This document shows positions 47,804-56,332 of a stretch of DNA of 64,000 bases, piece by piece. The stretch spans positions 11,774-75,773 of the forward strand of contig DASVWR010000075.1 in assembly GCA_036393115.1 (NCBI GenBank), in the 5' to 3' direction. This DNA comes from Casimicrobiaceae bacterium (GTDB taxonomy: Bacteria; Pseudomonadota; Gammaproteobacteria; Burkholderiales; Casimicrobiaceae). The notes under the pieces were generated by a model, which did no database searches, was not told the DNA's origin, and saw only the letters and a program-made list of their open reading frames with translations. Made by a program: the position numbers and the translations under genes. Position 1 is the stretch's first letter. Each line of letters starts with the position of its first letter.

Positions 47804-49261
47804 ATGACGCAGGAAATCCTGATCAACGTCACGCCGCAGGAGACGCGCGTGGCCATGCTCGAGCAGGGTGCCGTGCAGGAGCTGCACGTCGAGCGCGCGA
47901 GCGCGCGCGGCCTCGTCGGCAACATCTGCCTCGGCCGCGTCGTGCGCGTGCTGCCGGGGATGCAGAGCGCATTCGTCGACATCGGCCTCGAGCGCGCGGC
48001 ATTTCTCCACATCGCCGACATCTGGGAGCACCGCCAGGACGGGCACGGCGAGCACCGCCCGATCGAGCGCATCCTCGCCGAGGGACAGACGCTCCTCGTC
48101 CAGGTGATCAAGGATCCGATCGGCACCAAGGGCGCGCGGCTGTCGACGCAGCTCTCGCTCGCCGGCCGGCTCCTCGTCTACCTGCCGCAGGATTCGCACA
48201 TCGGCATCTCGCAGCGCATCGAGGACGAGCAGGAGCGCGAGTTGCTGCGCGGCCGGCTGCAGACGCTGCTTCCCGAAGGCCTCGCCGGCGGCTTCATCAT
48301 TCGCACGATGGCCGAGTCGGCGAGCGAGCGCGAGATGCAGAACGACATCGCGTATCTCACCAAGCTGTGGCAGGACCTCACCGAGCGATCGCGCGAGACG
48401 CCGGCGCCCGCGGTCCTCTACCAGGACCTCAACCTCGCGCAGCGGGTGCTGCGCGACATGACGACCGACGATACGATCCGCATCCAGGTCGATTCGCGCG
48501 AGACCTTCCAGCGCATGCAGGAATTCGCGCGCGAGTACACGCCGGCGCTGATCGAGCGCATCGAGCATTACGCGGGTGAGCGGCCGCTGTTCGACCTTCA
48601 CGGCGTCGAGGACGAGATCGAGCGAGCGCTCGCCCGGCGCGTCAACCTGAAATCAGGCGGCTACCTGATCTTCGACCAGACCGAGGCGATGACGACGGTC
48701 GACGTCAATACCGGCGGCTTCGTCGGCGGGCGCAGCTTCGACGATACGATCTTCAAGACCAACCTCGAGGCCGCGCAGGTGATCGCGCGCCAGCTTCGCA
48801 TCCGCAACCTCGGCGGCATCATCATCATCGACTTCATCGATATGGAGAATGCCGACCACAAGGCGGCGGTGCTGGCCGAGCTCAGCAAGGCGCTCGAGAA
48901 GGACCGTACGCGGCTGTCGGTCAACGGCTTCACGCAGCTCGGCCTCGTCGAGATGACGAGGAAGCGCACGCGCGAGTCCCTCGCGCACGTCCTTTGCGAG
49001 CCGTGCCCGACGTGCAGCGGCCGCGGTGAGCTCAAGACCCCGCAGACCGTCTGCTACGAGATCCTGCGCGAGATCCTGCGCGAATCGCGCCAGTTCAACG
49101 CGCGCGAGTTCAGGATCCTCGCCTCGCAGTCGGTGATCGACATGTTCCTCGACGAGGAATCGCAGGGTCTCGCCCAGCTCGGCGATTTCATCGGCAAGCC
49201 GATCTCGCTGCAGGTCGAATCGCTCTACACGCAGGAGCAGTACGACGTCGTGCTGATCTAG
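47804..49261 (+). CDS. rng: Ribonuclease G
   Basis: 485 aa. S1 domain NICLGRVVRVLPGMQSAFVDIG and RNase E/G catalytic core TTVDVNTGGFVG...IIIIDFIDM. Confidence 0.92.
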   Translation: MTQEILINVTPQETRVAMLEQGAVQELHVERASARGLVGNICLGRVVRVLPGMQSAFVDIGLERAAFLHIADIWEHRQDGHGEHRPIERILAEGQTLLVQVIKDPIGTKGARLSTQLSLAGRLLVYLPQDSHIGISQRIEDEQERELLRGRLQTLLPEGLAGGFIIRTMAESASEREMQNDIAYLTKLWQDLTERSRETPAPAVLYQDLNLAQRVLRDMTTDDTIRIQVDSRETFQRMQEFAREYTPALIERIEHYAGERPLFDLHGVEDEIERALARRVNLKSGGYLIFDQTEAMTTVDVNTGGFVGGRSFDDTIFKTNLEAAQVIARQLRIRNLGGIIIIDFIDMENADHKAAVLAELSKALEKDRTRLSVNGFTQLGLVEMTRKRTRESLAHVLCEPCPTCSGRGELKTPQTVCYEILREILRESRQFNAREFRILASQSVIDMFLDEESQGLAQLGDFIGKPISLQVESLYTQEQYDVVLI

Positions 49262-49339
49262 CGAAGCAAGACCGGGACGAAAACCGGGACGTACCACGCT
49301 TCTCACCGACGCGATGCAGCTACCCGGATCGAGATCACC

Positions 49340-49999
49340 GTGACCGTGCGCAGGACCTCGCTCGCTACCGTCGAGCCCGATCATCTCGTCGTCGCCGCGG
49401 CCGCGCTCGCGCAGGGCATCGAGTGGATCGAAGAGCGTCTCGGCGTGCGCGCGCAGCCGGGCGGGCGCCACGTCGCGATGGGCACGCACAATGCCGTCGT
49501 CTCGCTCGGGCGGCGCCTCTATCTCGAAATCATCGCGATCGACCCCGACGGCGCCGCGCCGTCCCGCCCGCGCTGGTTCGATCTCGACGATCCCGCGATG
49601 CGCGCTCGCCTCGCCGAAGGGCCGTCGCTGATCCACTGGGTCGCGCGCACGCGCGACATCGAAGCCGATGCGAAGCGCTGCGCGGAATCCGGCGAGCCGA
49701 TCGCGATGCAGCGCGGCGATTTCGCCTGGCGGATCACCGTGCCCGCCGACGGCCATCGCCCCGGAGGCGGCCTCGTCCCGACGCTGATCGAGTGGTCCGA
49801 TCCGGCGCGACACCCGGCCGACTCGCTTCCCGCGAGCGGCGTGCGGCTCGTCGCGCTCGCCGGCGAGCATCCGGAGCCGGCACGCGTGCGCGACACGCTC
49901 GCAGCGCTCGGGCTCTCCGATATGCTGAAGGTGACGTTCGGCCGATCGCCGCGCCTCGCCGCGATGCTCGGCACGCCGCGAGGCGTCATGACGCTCTGA
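49340..49999 (+). CDS. Glyoxalase-like (VOC superfamily) domain protein
   Basis: 219 aa, GTG start. DHLVVAAAALAQGIEWIEERLGV...GTHNAVVSLGRRLYLEIIAIDP resembles the Glyoxalase_3-type family. Function unknown. Confidence 0.6.
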   Translation: MTVRRTSLATVEPDHLVVAAAALAQGIEWIEERLGVRAQPGGRHVAMGTHNAVVSLGRRLYLEIIAIDPDGAAPSRPRWFDLDDPAMRARLAEGPSLIHWVARTRDIEADAKRCAESGEPIAMQRGDFAWRITVPADGHRPGGGLVPTLIEWSDPARHPADSLPASGVRLVALAGEHPEPARVRDTLAALGLSDMLKVTFGRSPRLAAMLGTPRGVMTL

Positions 50000-50074
50000 C
50001 TTCTTCCAAAGGACGCTCCGCGAAACCGGCACCGACCCGAGTACCGGGATTCGCCGCGGTTTTGCAGAACGTCG

Positions 50075-51184
50075 CTATCCGACCGCGCCGCGCGCCTCGA
50101 TCGGCCACACCGATTCGACGCGACCCGCGCGAACGCCGACGAGGAAGTCGTAGAGGTTGACCGTCGGATCGCAGTGCCCCGGAACGAGGAGGATTCGCTC
50201 GCCGAGCTCGACTGGAACCGCATCCTCCGCGACCGCCAGCACCCCATGTTCATCGGATGCCTTGACGTATCTGGCGCCGCGTCGATCGTGCACGGCAGGC
50301 AATCCGGAATCGAACGAGAACGCCTTCAGGCCGGCGTCGACGATCGCGCGCTCGCGCAGGGGCGCGCTCATCACCGTCGCGAGCACGAACAGGCTCTGCT
50401 CGAAACGGATGTCGGAAGCTTCGGTGACGTTCCTGCCGTAGTCGACGTCCATGAAGACGTACGACCCCGGTTGCAGCTCGTTGTAGACCTGCGAATCGCG
50501 CTCGTGCACCCAGGTGCCGGTCCCCGCTCCGGTGACAATCGCGCACGCGATGCCGGCCGCGCCGATGAGATCACGGGTTCCGCGCGCGGCCTCTGCCGCG
50601 GACGCGATCGCAGCGCGCCGCGCAGCGGGCTCGCGCAGGTGCTGCGCGGCACCGTGGTAAGCGTGCAGCCCGCGAAAGCGCAGCGCCGGAGCAGCGTCGA
50701 TGGCGCGCGCGAGATCGACCGCCGGCTCGCCGGGTGCTACGCCGCAGCGATGCGCGCCGACGTCGATCTCGACGTAGACATCGAGCACCACCGCCGCTCG
50801 TTCGGCCGCCTGCGACAGCGCAGCGACACTCGGCAGCGCGTCGACGAGCACGCCGATGCGTGCGAAGCGCGCGAGCTCGGCAAGGCGCGCGAGCTTCGGC
50901 GAGTCGACGACCTCGTTGGTGACGAGCACATCGCCCATGCCCGCCTCGACGAACGCCGCGGCTTCGTCGGTCTTCTGGCAGCAGATCCCGATCGCCCCGC
51001 GGTCGAGTTGCGCCCTGGCGATCGCCGCGCACTTGTGCGATTTCGCGTGCGGGCGCAGGCGGATGCCGCGCGTCGCGTCGGCCATCCGGTCGAGGTTGCG
51101 CTCGAATGCGTCGAGGTCGACGACGAGCGCGGGTGTCGCGATCGTGTCGACCGAATCACCGACCCTGGCTGGAATGCGCTGCAT
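50075..51184 (-). CDS. DSD1-family PLP enzyme (D-serine dehydratase / D-threonine aldolase-like, alanine racemase N-terminal fold)
   Basis: ATG at 51184 (MQRIPARVGDSVDTIATPALVVDLDAFERNL). The PLP-lysine motif is RPHAKSHKC, and the C-terminus has HGHCDPTVNLYD-like LVPGHCDPTVNLYD. Confidence 0.75.
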   Translation of the reverse strand: MQRIPARVGDSVDTIATPALVVDLDAFERNLDRMADATRGIRLRPHAKSHKCAAIARAQLDRGAIGICCQKTDEAAAFVEAGMGDVLVTNEVVDSPKLARLAELARFARIGVLVDALPSVAALSQAAERAAVVLDVYVEIDVGAHRCGVAPGEPAVDLARAIDAAPALRFRGLHAYHGAAQHLREPAARRAAIASAAEAARGTRDLIGAAGIACAIVTGAGTGTWVHERDSQVYNELQPGSYVFMDVDYGRNVTEASDIRFEQSLFVLATVMSAPLRERAIVDAGLKAFSFDSGLPAVHDRRGARYVKASDEHGVLAVAEDAVPVELGERILLVPGHCDPTVNLYDFLVGVRAGRVESVWPIEARGAVG

Positions 51185-51257
51185 GAGCGACTCTAGCGCA
51201 ACCGGGCCGACCCGGACAGGCTTGCCGGCCGCACGATCGCCGCCATTCGAGTGGGCG

Positions 51258-51950
51258 CTACTCGACGCGCTTCGCGGCAAGCAGCGGAAAGCGCCTGCGC
51301 TCGGCGAAGCCGAGGCTTTCGTAGAGCGCGATCGCGCGTACGTTGCCGGTTTCGGCGTGCAGGAACGGCGTCTCCCCGGCACGCAGCATCCGGTTGACGA
51401 CGCGCGCGATCAGCGCCCGAGCATGGCCTCGCCCCTGCGCGTCGGGGTGTGTGCAGACGCCGCTCACTTCGCGGCATTCGCCGATCCACGACCGCTCGCC
51501 CGCCATCGCGACGAGGCACCCTTTCTCGCGGATCCCGATGAAGCGTCCGAGCTCGATCGTGCGCCGGCGAAACGGCCCCGGCTGCGTCAGCTCGACGAGC
51601 GCGAGCATCTCCGCGACGTCGCCCGCTCCGAGCTCGACGACTTCGCGCTCGCCCTCGGGGAGCGGCGTGCGGTCGACGCGCAGCATCTGCGTCGCCTCGG
51701 CGTCGAGCACGGTCTGCCAGTGGCGTCCGAGCATCGGAACGTACGGGCCGAGGACTCCGAAGTCGTCACCCACCTCGACCAGCGCTTCGAGCGCGGTGAC
51801 GTTGGCGGGCGCATCACCGGACAGGGCGGCGATCGGCGAGATGTCGGGCGGGTAGCGTCGCGCGAGCGCTCCGCCGCGCGCGACATGTGCGTGCCGCGTC
51901 GCGAGGCACGACCAGAACGGGTTGTCGAGAGCGTCGAAGGCCGCGCTCAA
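51258..51950 (-). CDS. GNAT-family N-acetyltransferase (two-domain, FR47-like C-terminus)
   Basis: 230 aa. The acetyl-CoA motif is GVCTHPDAQGRGHARALI, with ALYESLGF at the C-terminus. Non-ATG (TTG) start in the track. Confidence 0.7.
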   Translation of the reverse strand: MSAAFDALDNPFWSCLATRHAHVARGGALARRYPPDISPIAALSGDAPANVTALEALVEVGDDFGVLGPYVPMLGRHWQTVLDAEATQMLRVDRTPLPEGEREVVELGAGDVAEMLALVELTQPGPFRRRTIELGRFIGIREKGCLVAMAGERSWIGECREVSGVCTHPDAQGRGHARALIARVVNRMLRAGETPFLHAETGNVRAIALYESLGFAERRRFPLLAAKRVE

Positions 51951-51962
51951 TAGACGAAGCGC

Positions 51963-52883
51963 TCAGTAGACGAAGATCAGGTAGGCAACCGCCGCGATCA
52001 GCATGTACTTGACGGTGCGGAACAGCGTGCGGTTGCGGCGCTTCAGCCGCGTCAGGACGTCGCTCGCCTGGCCGAACAGCGCATAGACGCGATTGAGCGC
52101 CCCGACCGGCTCGGTCGGCGTATTCTGCGTCGATGCAGCACGGATCACCGTGCGGCTCATCCAGCGGTTCAATGCCCGCATCACCGGCGTGCGCAAAGGC
52201 CGCTCGACGTCGCAGAACAGAATGATGCGCGTCGTGTCGGTCTTGTTCTCGGCGGAATGGATGTAGGTCTCGTCGAACAGGAGGTCCTGTCCGTCGCGCC
52301 ACGAATAAGGCTCGCCGTCGACGAAGATGCGGCAGTCGTCGGAATTGGGCGTCACGAGGCCGAGGTGGTAGCGCAACGACCCCGCGAACGGATCGCGATG
52401 CCGGTTGAGCTTCCCGCCGGGCGGCAGCAGCGCGAACATCGCGGCATGGACGCTCGGCAGCGACTCGACGAGCGCCACCGTCTTCGGGCACGCCGCCTGC
52501 GCCGAGGGCAGCGGCTCGGCGTACCACTTGACGTAGAAGCGCTTCCAGCCGTTCTTGAAGAACGAGTTGAAGCCGAGATCGTTGTGCCCGGTAGCCGCGC
52601 GGATCCGGCCGTCGTCGAGCAGCGCGACGGCTTCGTCGCGAATGACCTGCCAATTCTCGCGCAGCACGCCGAGCTCCGGAAGCATGCGCGGTTCGAGAAT
52701 CGGCTTCGCCGGCACCGCCGAGAACAGGTACATCAGCGAGTTGTACGGCGCCATGATCGTCGAATGATCGGCGAGCTGCTTCGTCAGCTTGTGGCGCACG
52801 CGGCCGCGGTAATGGACGAAGAGCGCCGACGCGACGAAGACGTACAGCACGATGAACTTGGGCGCGAGGAGCGTGCTGATCAC
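51963..52883 (-). CDS. lpxO: Aspartyl/asparaginyl beta-hydroxylase-family dioxygenase (LpxO/OlsC-like lipid hydroxylase)
   Basis: 306 aa with N- and C-terminal membrane helices. The core is FFKNGWKRFYVKWY...LPPGGKLNRHRDPFAGSLRYHLGL...DGQDLLFDETYIHSAEN, the Fe(II)/2-OG His-x-Asp...His pattern typical of LpxO. Confidence 0.72.
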   Translation of the reverse strand: MISTLLAPKFIVLYVFVASALFVHYRGRVRHKLTKQLADHSTIMAPYNSLMYLFSAVPAKPILEPRMLPELGVLRENWQVIRDEAVALLDDGRIRAATGHNDLGFNSFFKNGWKRFYVKWYAEPLPSAQAACPKTVALVESLPSVHAAMFALLPPGGKLNRHRDPFAGSLRYHLGLVTPNSDDCRIFVDGEPYSWRDGQDLLFDETYIHSAENKTDTTRIILFCDVERPLRTPVMRALNRWMSRTVIRAASTQNTPTEPVGALNRVYALFGQASDVLTRLKRRNRTLFRTVKYMLIAAVAYLIFVY

Positions 52884-52956
52884 GGTTGCAGGGCGTGGTC
52901 GGGATGCGACCCCGAATTCTACGCCCGCATCCGATGCGGATCCTCGGCGCGGATCT

Positions 52957-53772
52957 TCAGCGCCTCGTGCCGGCGTCGGCGAGCTGCCGGTAGACGAGCT
53001 CGCCGATCGTGAGGAGCTGCGCGCGGTCGAGCTCGCCGGTCAGCGCATAGGCGCATTGATCGTCGATCCAGTAGAACACGCCGACGCCGTCGGCGACGGC
53101 GTAGCGGAATGCCGTCTCGTCGGCGCCGGCACTTTTCCGCGCCTGTAGCGTGAGGCGCTCTTTCGCAGCGTTCTGGTAGACGAACATCGCGGTCGGACGC
53201 TCGTTGCCTGCGACGAGCCGCCCGCCGACGAGCGTGTAGCCTGCGCTCTGCAGATCGGGGGCGCGAAGCGGGTAATCGAGGCGCTTCGACAGCCACGCGA
53301 CGAGGCGCTTCTCGTCGGGCGCCCACATCTCGACGGGCCGGTTCGGATCCGACGCGTAGAGGACGTGCGCGTAGGCCATCTGCTGCGCGAACGTAATCGG
53401 CATCCCGGCGCGTACGAGCACCGCATCGCGCCCGTACCAGCCGATCGCGACGCCGATGACGAGCGTCGCGGCGGCCGCCCACGCGGGCGCGAAGTGCAGG
53501 GGAAGGAGCGACCCCAGGCGCGACGCGATGCGCCCGCGAAAGCCAGGCTCCGGGCGCTTCGCCGCGTCGAGCAGCCGTTGCGGCGGCTCTTCGTCGAGGA
53601 TCGGGTCGAGCCCGGCGCGAAGCCACGCATTCTGGCTGCGGATCTCGGCGAGCCGCGCCGCGACGGCCGGATTGCGCTGCGCCTGCTCGTCGACTTCGGC
53701 GGCACGCTCGGGCGAAAGCTGCCCGTCGGCACGCGCCTCGAGATCGGCTTCGGTGATCGGTGAATGGCTCAT
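52957..53772 (-). CDS. Anti-sigma factor (single-pass membrane, non-zinc ASD)
   Basis: ATG at 53772. The N-terminus ITEADLEARADGQLSPERAAEVDEQAQRNPAVAARLAEI matches the L-x-A-Y-V-D-G-E-L type motif. It has a central TM segment APAWAAAATLVIGVAIGWY and a periplasmic C-terminal domain. It lies directly downstream of the ECF sigma gene. Confidence 0.7.
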   Translation of the reverse strand: MSHSPITEADLEARADGQLSPERAAEVDEQAQRNPAVAARLAEIRSQNAWLRAGLDPILDEEPPQRLLDAAKRPEPGFRGRIASRLGSLLPLHFAPAWAAAATLVIGVAIGWYGRDAVLVRAGMPITFAQQMAYAHVLYASDPNRPVEMWAPDEKRLVAWLSKRLDYPLRAPDLQSAGYTLVGGRLVAGNERPTAMFVYQNAAKERLTLQARKSAGADETAFRYAVADGVGVFYWIDDQCAYALTGELDRAQLLTIGELVYRQLADAGTRR

Positions 53773-53794
53773 GGCGCTCCCTCGGCGCACTCCA

Positions 53795-54337
53795 TCAGCG
53801 TACTCGCTGCAGCGATCCGCCCGGCGCGACGCCGCTCTCCGACAGCGAGCGCCTCAGCTTCTCGCGTGCGCGCGACAATCTCGACATCACGGTCCCGACC
53901 GGAATCGCCAGCACGCGCGCGATGTCCTCGTAGCGCATCTCCTCGACCGCGGCGAGCACCAGGACCTCGCGCTGGTCGGTAGGCAGGCGCTCGAGCGCGT
54001 GCAGAACCTCCTTCAGCTCGACGTGGACATGCTGCGACGCTGCGACCGGGAGCTGCATCGCGCCCGAGCCATCCCCGTCGTCGTCGATCGACAGATTCCT
54101 CGCATCGCGCGCCGCCAGCGCTCGCTGATTCACGAACACGTTGTGCATGATCGTAAACATCCATGCGCGAAGATCGCTTCCCGCCGTCCATAACCGGCGC
54201 TTCTCCCACGATCGCGCGAGCGTGTCCTGGACGAGATCGTCCGCCCGTGTCGGGTCGCCGGTGAGGACGCGCGCATAGCGGCGCAGCCGCGGAATCGCGG
54301 CGGCGAGTTCGGACTCGGGAAGCGGTGCATCGGCCAT
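53795..54337 (-). CDS. ECF (group 4) RNA polymerase sigma factor
   Basis: ATG at 54337. Region 2 is RADDLVQDTLARSWEKRRLW...RAWMFTIMHNVF. Region 4 is LPTDQREVLVLAAVEEMRYEDIARVLAIPVGTVMSRLSRAREKL. 180 aa. Confidence 0.88.
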   Translation of the reverse strand: MADAPLPESELAAAIPRLRRYARVLTGDPTRADDLVQDTLARSWEKRRLWTAGSDLRAWMFTIMHNVFVNQRALAARDARNLSIDDDGDGSGAMQLPVAASQHVHVELKEVLHALERLPTDQREVLVLAAVEEMRYEDIARVLAIPVGTVMSRLSRAREKLRRSLSESGVAPGGSLQRVR

Positions 54338-54471
54338 CGACGGGAGTGCGCCACGTGCATGCCGCTGCGCGCCGACGGCCGGCGCGCCCGCTGCCGTCGA
54401 TGCTACACGAACGAGCACCGTCGTGGTCAGATCGCGCGGCGTCGCTGTCCCAATCGCTTGCTCACAAATGG

Positions 54472-54538
54472 CCCCCTGCGGAATGTTCACGTCAGCACGG
54501 GCCAACAGCGGCGGACCGCCCGATATTCCGCAGCGGGG
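54472..54538 (-). other. Hairpin between mtgA and the ECF sigma gene (possible terminator or regulatory structure)
   Basis: The arms ccccctgcggaat (54472-84) and attccgcagcgggg (54525-38) are complementary with one bulge. The structure starts 12 nt after the mtgA stop, and on the minus strand it is followed by CCATTTGTG. The large 40-nt interior is atypical for an intrinsic terminator. Confidence 0.3.
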
Positions 54539-54549
54539 ACAGGTCGTTC

Positions 54550-55251
54550 CTACGGCAGATCGGCGGCGGGCATGCGCGCCAGGATGATGCCGATCTTGCG
54601 GCGCAGGCCCGGCGCGTTCGGGTGCCGCTCGTAGTAGCGCGGATTGGGGGCCATCGCCGCGAGGCGCGCCGCCTCGACCGCGTCGATCCGCGACGCCGGG
54701 ACGTGGAAGTAATGCTCGGACGCCGCCTCGGCGCCGAAAATTCCGTTGCCGAACTCGATCACGTTGAGGTAGAGCTCGAAGATCCTGCGCTTGTCGAGGA
54801 CCGACTCCAGCATCACCGTGATCACCGCCTCTTCCCCCTTGCGCAGCCACGTGCGCGAACCGGAGAGGAACAGGTTCTTGGCGAGCTGCTGCGAAATCGT
54901 CGAGCCGCCCGCGACGATGCGCCCGCGCCGCTCGTTCTTCTCGAGCGCGAGCGCGATGCCGTCCCAGTCGAAGCCTTCGTGCTCGACGAACTTCGCGTCC
55001 TCGGCCGCGATCATCGCCCGCTTCAGCTCGACCGAGATCCGCGCGTAGGGGACGAATCGGTACTCGATCGCCGCGTGCGGATTGCGGTTCCGGAGCACGG
55101 CGAGCCGCTCGGACATGAACGCGGTCTCGTGGGGCGGGTGATCGCGCCACCACCAGATCATCGTCGCGTAATAGGCGTGAAGCGCGACGACTGCCGCGAG
55201 TGCGACCCACGCGACCAGAACGATGACGCGGCGAACGCTCATCAGGCGCAA
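54550..55251 (-). CDS. mtgA: Monofunctional biosynthetic peptidoglycan transglycosylase
   Basis: 233 aa with an N-terminal TM segment. GT51 motifs are AAEDAKFVEHEGFDW, GGSTISQQLAKNLFL and RKGEEAVITVMLE. Confidence 0.92.
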   Translation of the reverse strand: MRLMSVRRVIVLVAWVALAAVVALHAYYATMIWWWRDHPPHETAFMSERLAVLRNRNPHAAIEYRFVPYARISVELKRAMIAAEDAKFVEHEGFDWDGIALALEKNERRGRIVAGGSTISQQLAKNLFLSGSRTWLRKGEEAVITVMLESVLDKRRIFELYLNVIEFGNGIFGAEAASEHYFHVPASRIDAVEAARLAAMAPNPRYYERHPNAPGLRRKIGIILARMPAADLP

Positions 55252-55263
55252 CTGCAGCGGCGC

Positions 55264-56289
55264 TCAGGGCTCGGACGACGACGAGCTCATTTCGTCGCCC
55301 GGCGCAAACGTCCAGGTGCGCGTGATGTAGAGGATGTCGGTGTCCTTGCGGATGTCTTCCGGAAACGGCGCGAACGGCGCCGCCATCTCGACGATGTGCC
55401 TCGCCGCGGCGTCGAGGATGCGGTGCGGCGACGGACGCCTGACGACGACGCTGTCGAGGCTTCCGTCGGCGCGGATCGCGACGGTCAGCACGAGGTTCCC
55501 GTAGAGCTTGCGCTCGCGGGCAGCCTCGGGGTAGTTGAGGTTGCCGATGCGCTCGACCTTCATCCGCCAGTCCTCGACGTAGCGCGCGTAGCGGTACTCG
55601 GTGGCGCGGGCGCCGATGAACTTCTTCCTCGGCTGCTTCTGGTACGCGTCCTGGTCGCGCGCGATCTGCGCTTCGAGGTGCAGCGCTTCGAGCGTCTCGC
55701 GCATCAGCTGGTTGGCGGTCGGCGACGGCGTCGCAGCCTCGGTCTCCGCCGGCTGCGGCGCGGGCAGCGGAAGGATCACTGTCGACGCGCGCTGCGTGAG
55801 GCGCTCTTGCGCCGGCACTTCCGATGGCGGTGGCGTCGCCTCGCGAACCGCGATCGGGTGGCGCGGTGACGCGTCCCGCAGCGGCGGCAGCGGTGATTTC
55901 GCGTGCCGCTGCGCGTCGGTGTTGCCGCCGCCATCGAGGTTCGCCTGCGCGAGGATGTCGGCCTTCGCCGGCGCGAGCTTCGTCTTCGCGTTCACGAGGG
56001 CGATTTCGAGCGGCGGCGTCCGGTCGTGCTGCAGGTCGAAGGCAGGCAGGCTGAAGTGCAGCGCAAGCACCACAGCGTGGATCGCGATCGAAGCCGCGAG
56101 CGCGATCGCAGCGACGCGAAGATGCGGAAACGGCGCCAGCGCTTCCGCGGGAATGCGCGCCGGCGGAAGCGCGCCCGCCATGACGAGCTGCGCTTTCGGC
56201 GCCGCATCCGCGGGTGACGCGCTCGACGCCGCAGCCTGGCGGCGTCGCACGCCCTTCGAGGACACGGCGGAGCGGGGTCGGTCGGGCAA
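55264..56289 (-). CDS. TonB C-terminal domain-containing membrane protein
   Basis: One TM segment (LRVAAIALAASIAIHAVVLALHF), a Pro-rich spacer, and a C-terminal TonB-like fold (YGNLVLTVAIRADGSLDSVVVRRPSPHRILDAAARHIV). The start is uncertain; internal ATG/GTG starts are possible. Confidence 0.65.
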   Translation of the reverse strand: MPDRPRSAVSSKGVRRRQAAASSASPADAAPKAQLVMAGALPPARIPAEALAPFPHLRVAAIALAASIAIHAVVLALHFSLPAFDLQHDRTPPLEIALVNAKTKLAPAKADILAQANLDGGGNTDAQRHAKSPLPPLRDASPRHPIAVREATPPPSEVPAQERLTQRASTVILPLPAPQPAETEAATPSPTANQLMRETLEALHLEAQIARDQDAYQKQPRKKFIGARATEYRYARYVEDWRMKVERIGNLNYPEAARERKLYGNLVLTVAIRADGSLDSVVVRRPSPHRILDAAARHIVEMAAPFAPFPEDIRKDTDILYITRTWTFAPGDEMSSSSSEP

Positions 56290-56332
56290 GGCGTTCGGTG
56301 GGGAGCCTGGGGTGCGCCCGATTGTAGCCCTT

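Noticed and set aside
50000-50074. Bidirectional terminator between the VOC gene and the DSD1 gene (gcgaaaccg ... cggttttgc).
   Set aside because: The arms are imperfect, are separated by about 30 nt, and lack flanking T/A runs. This is too weak to annotate.
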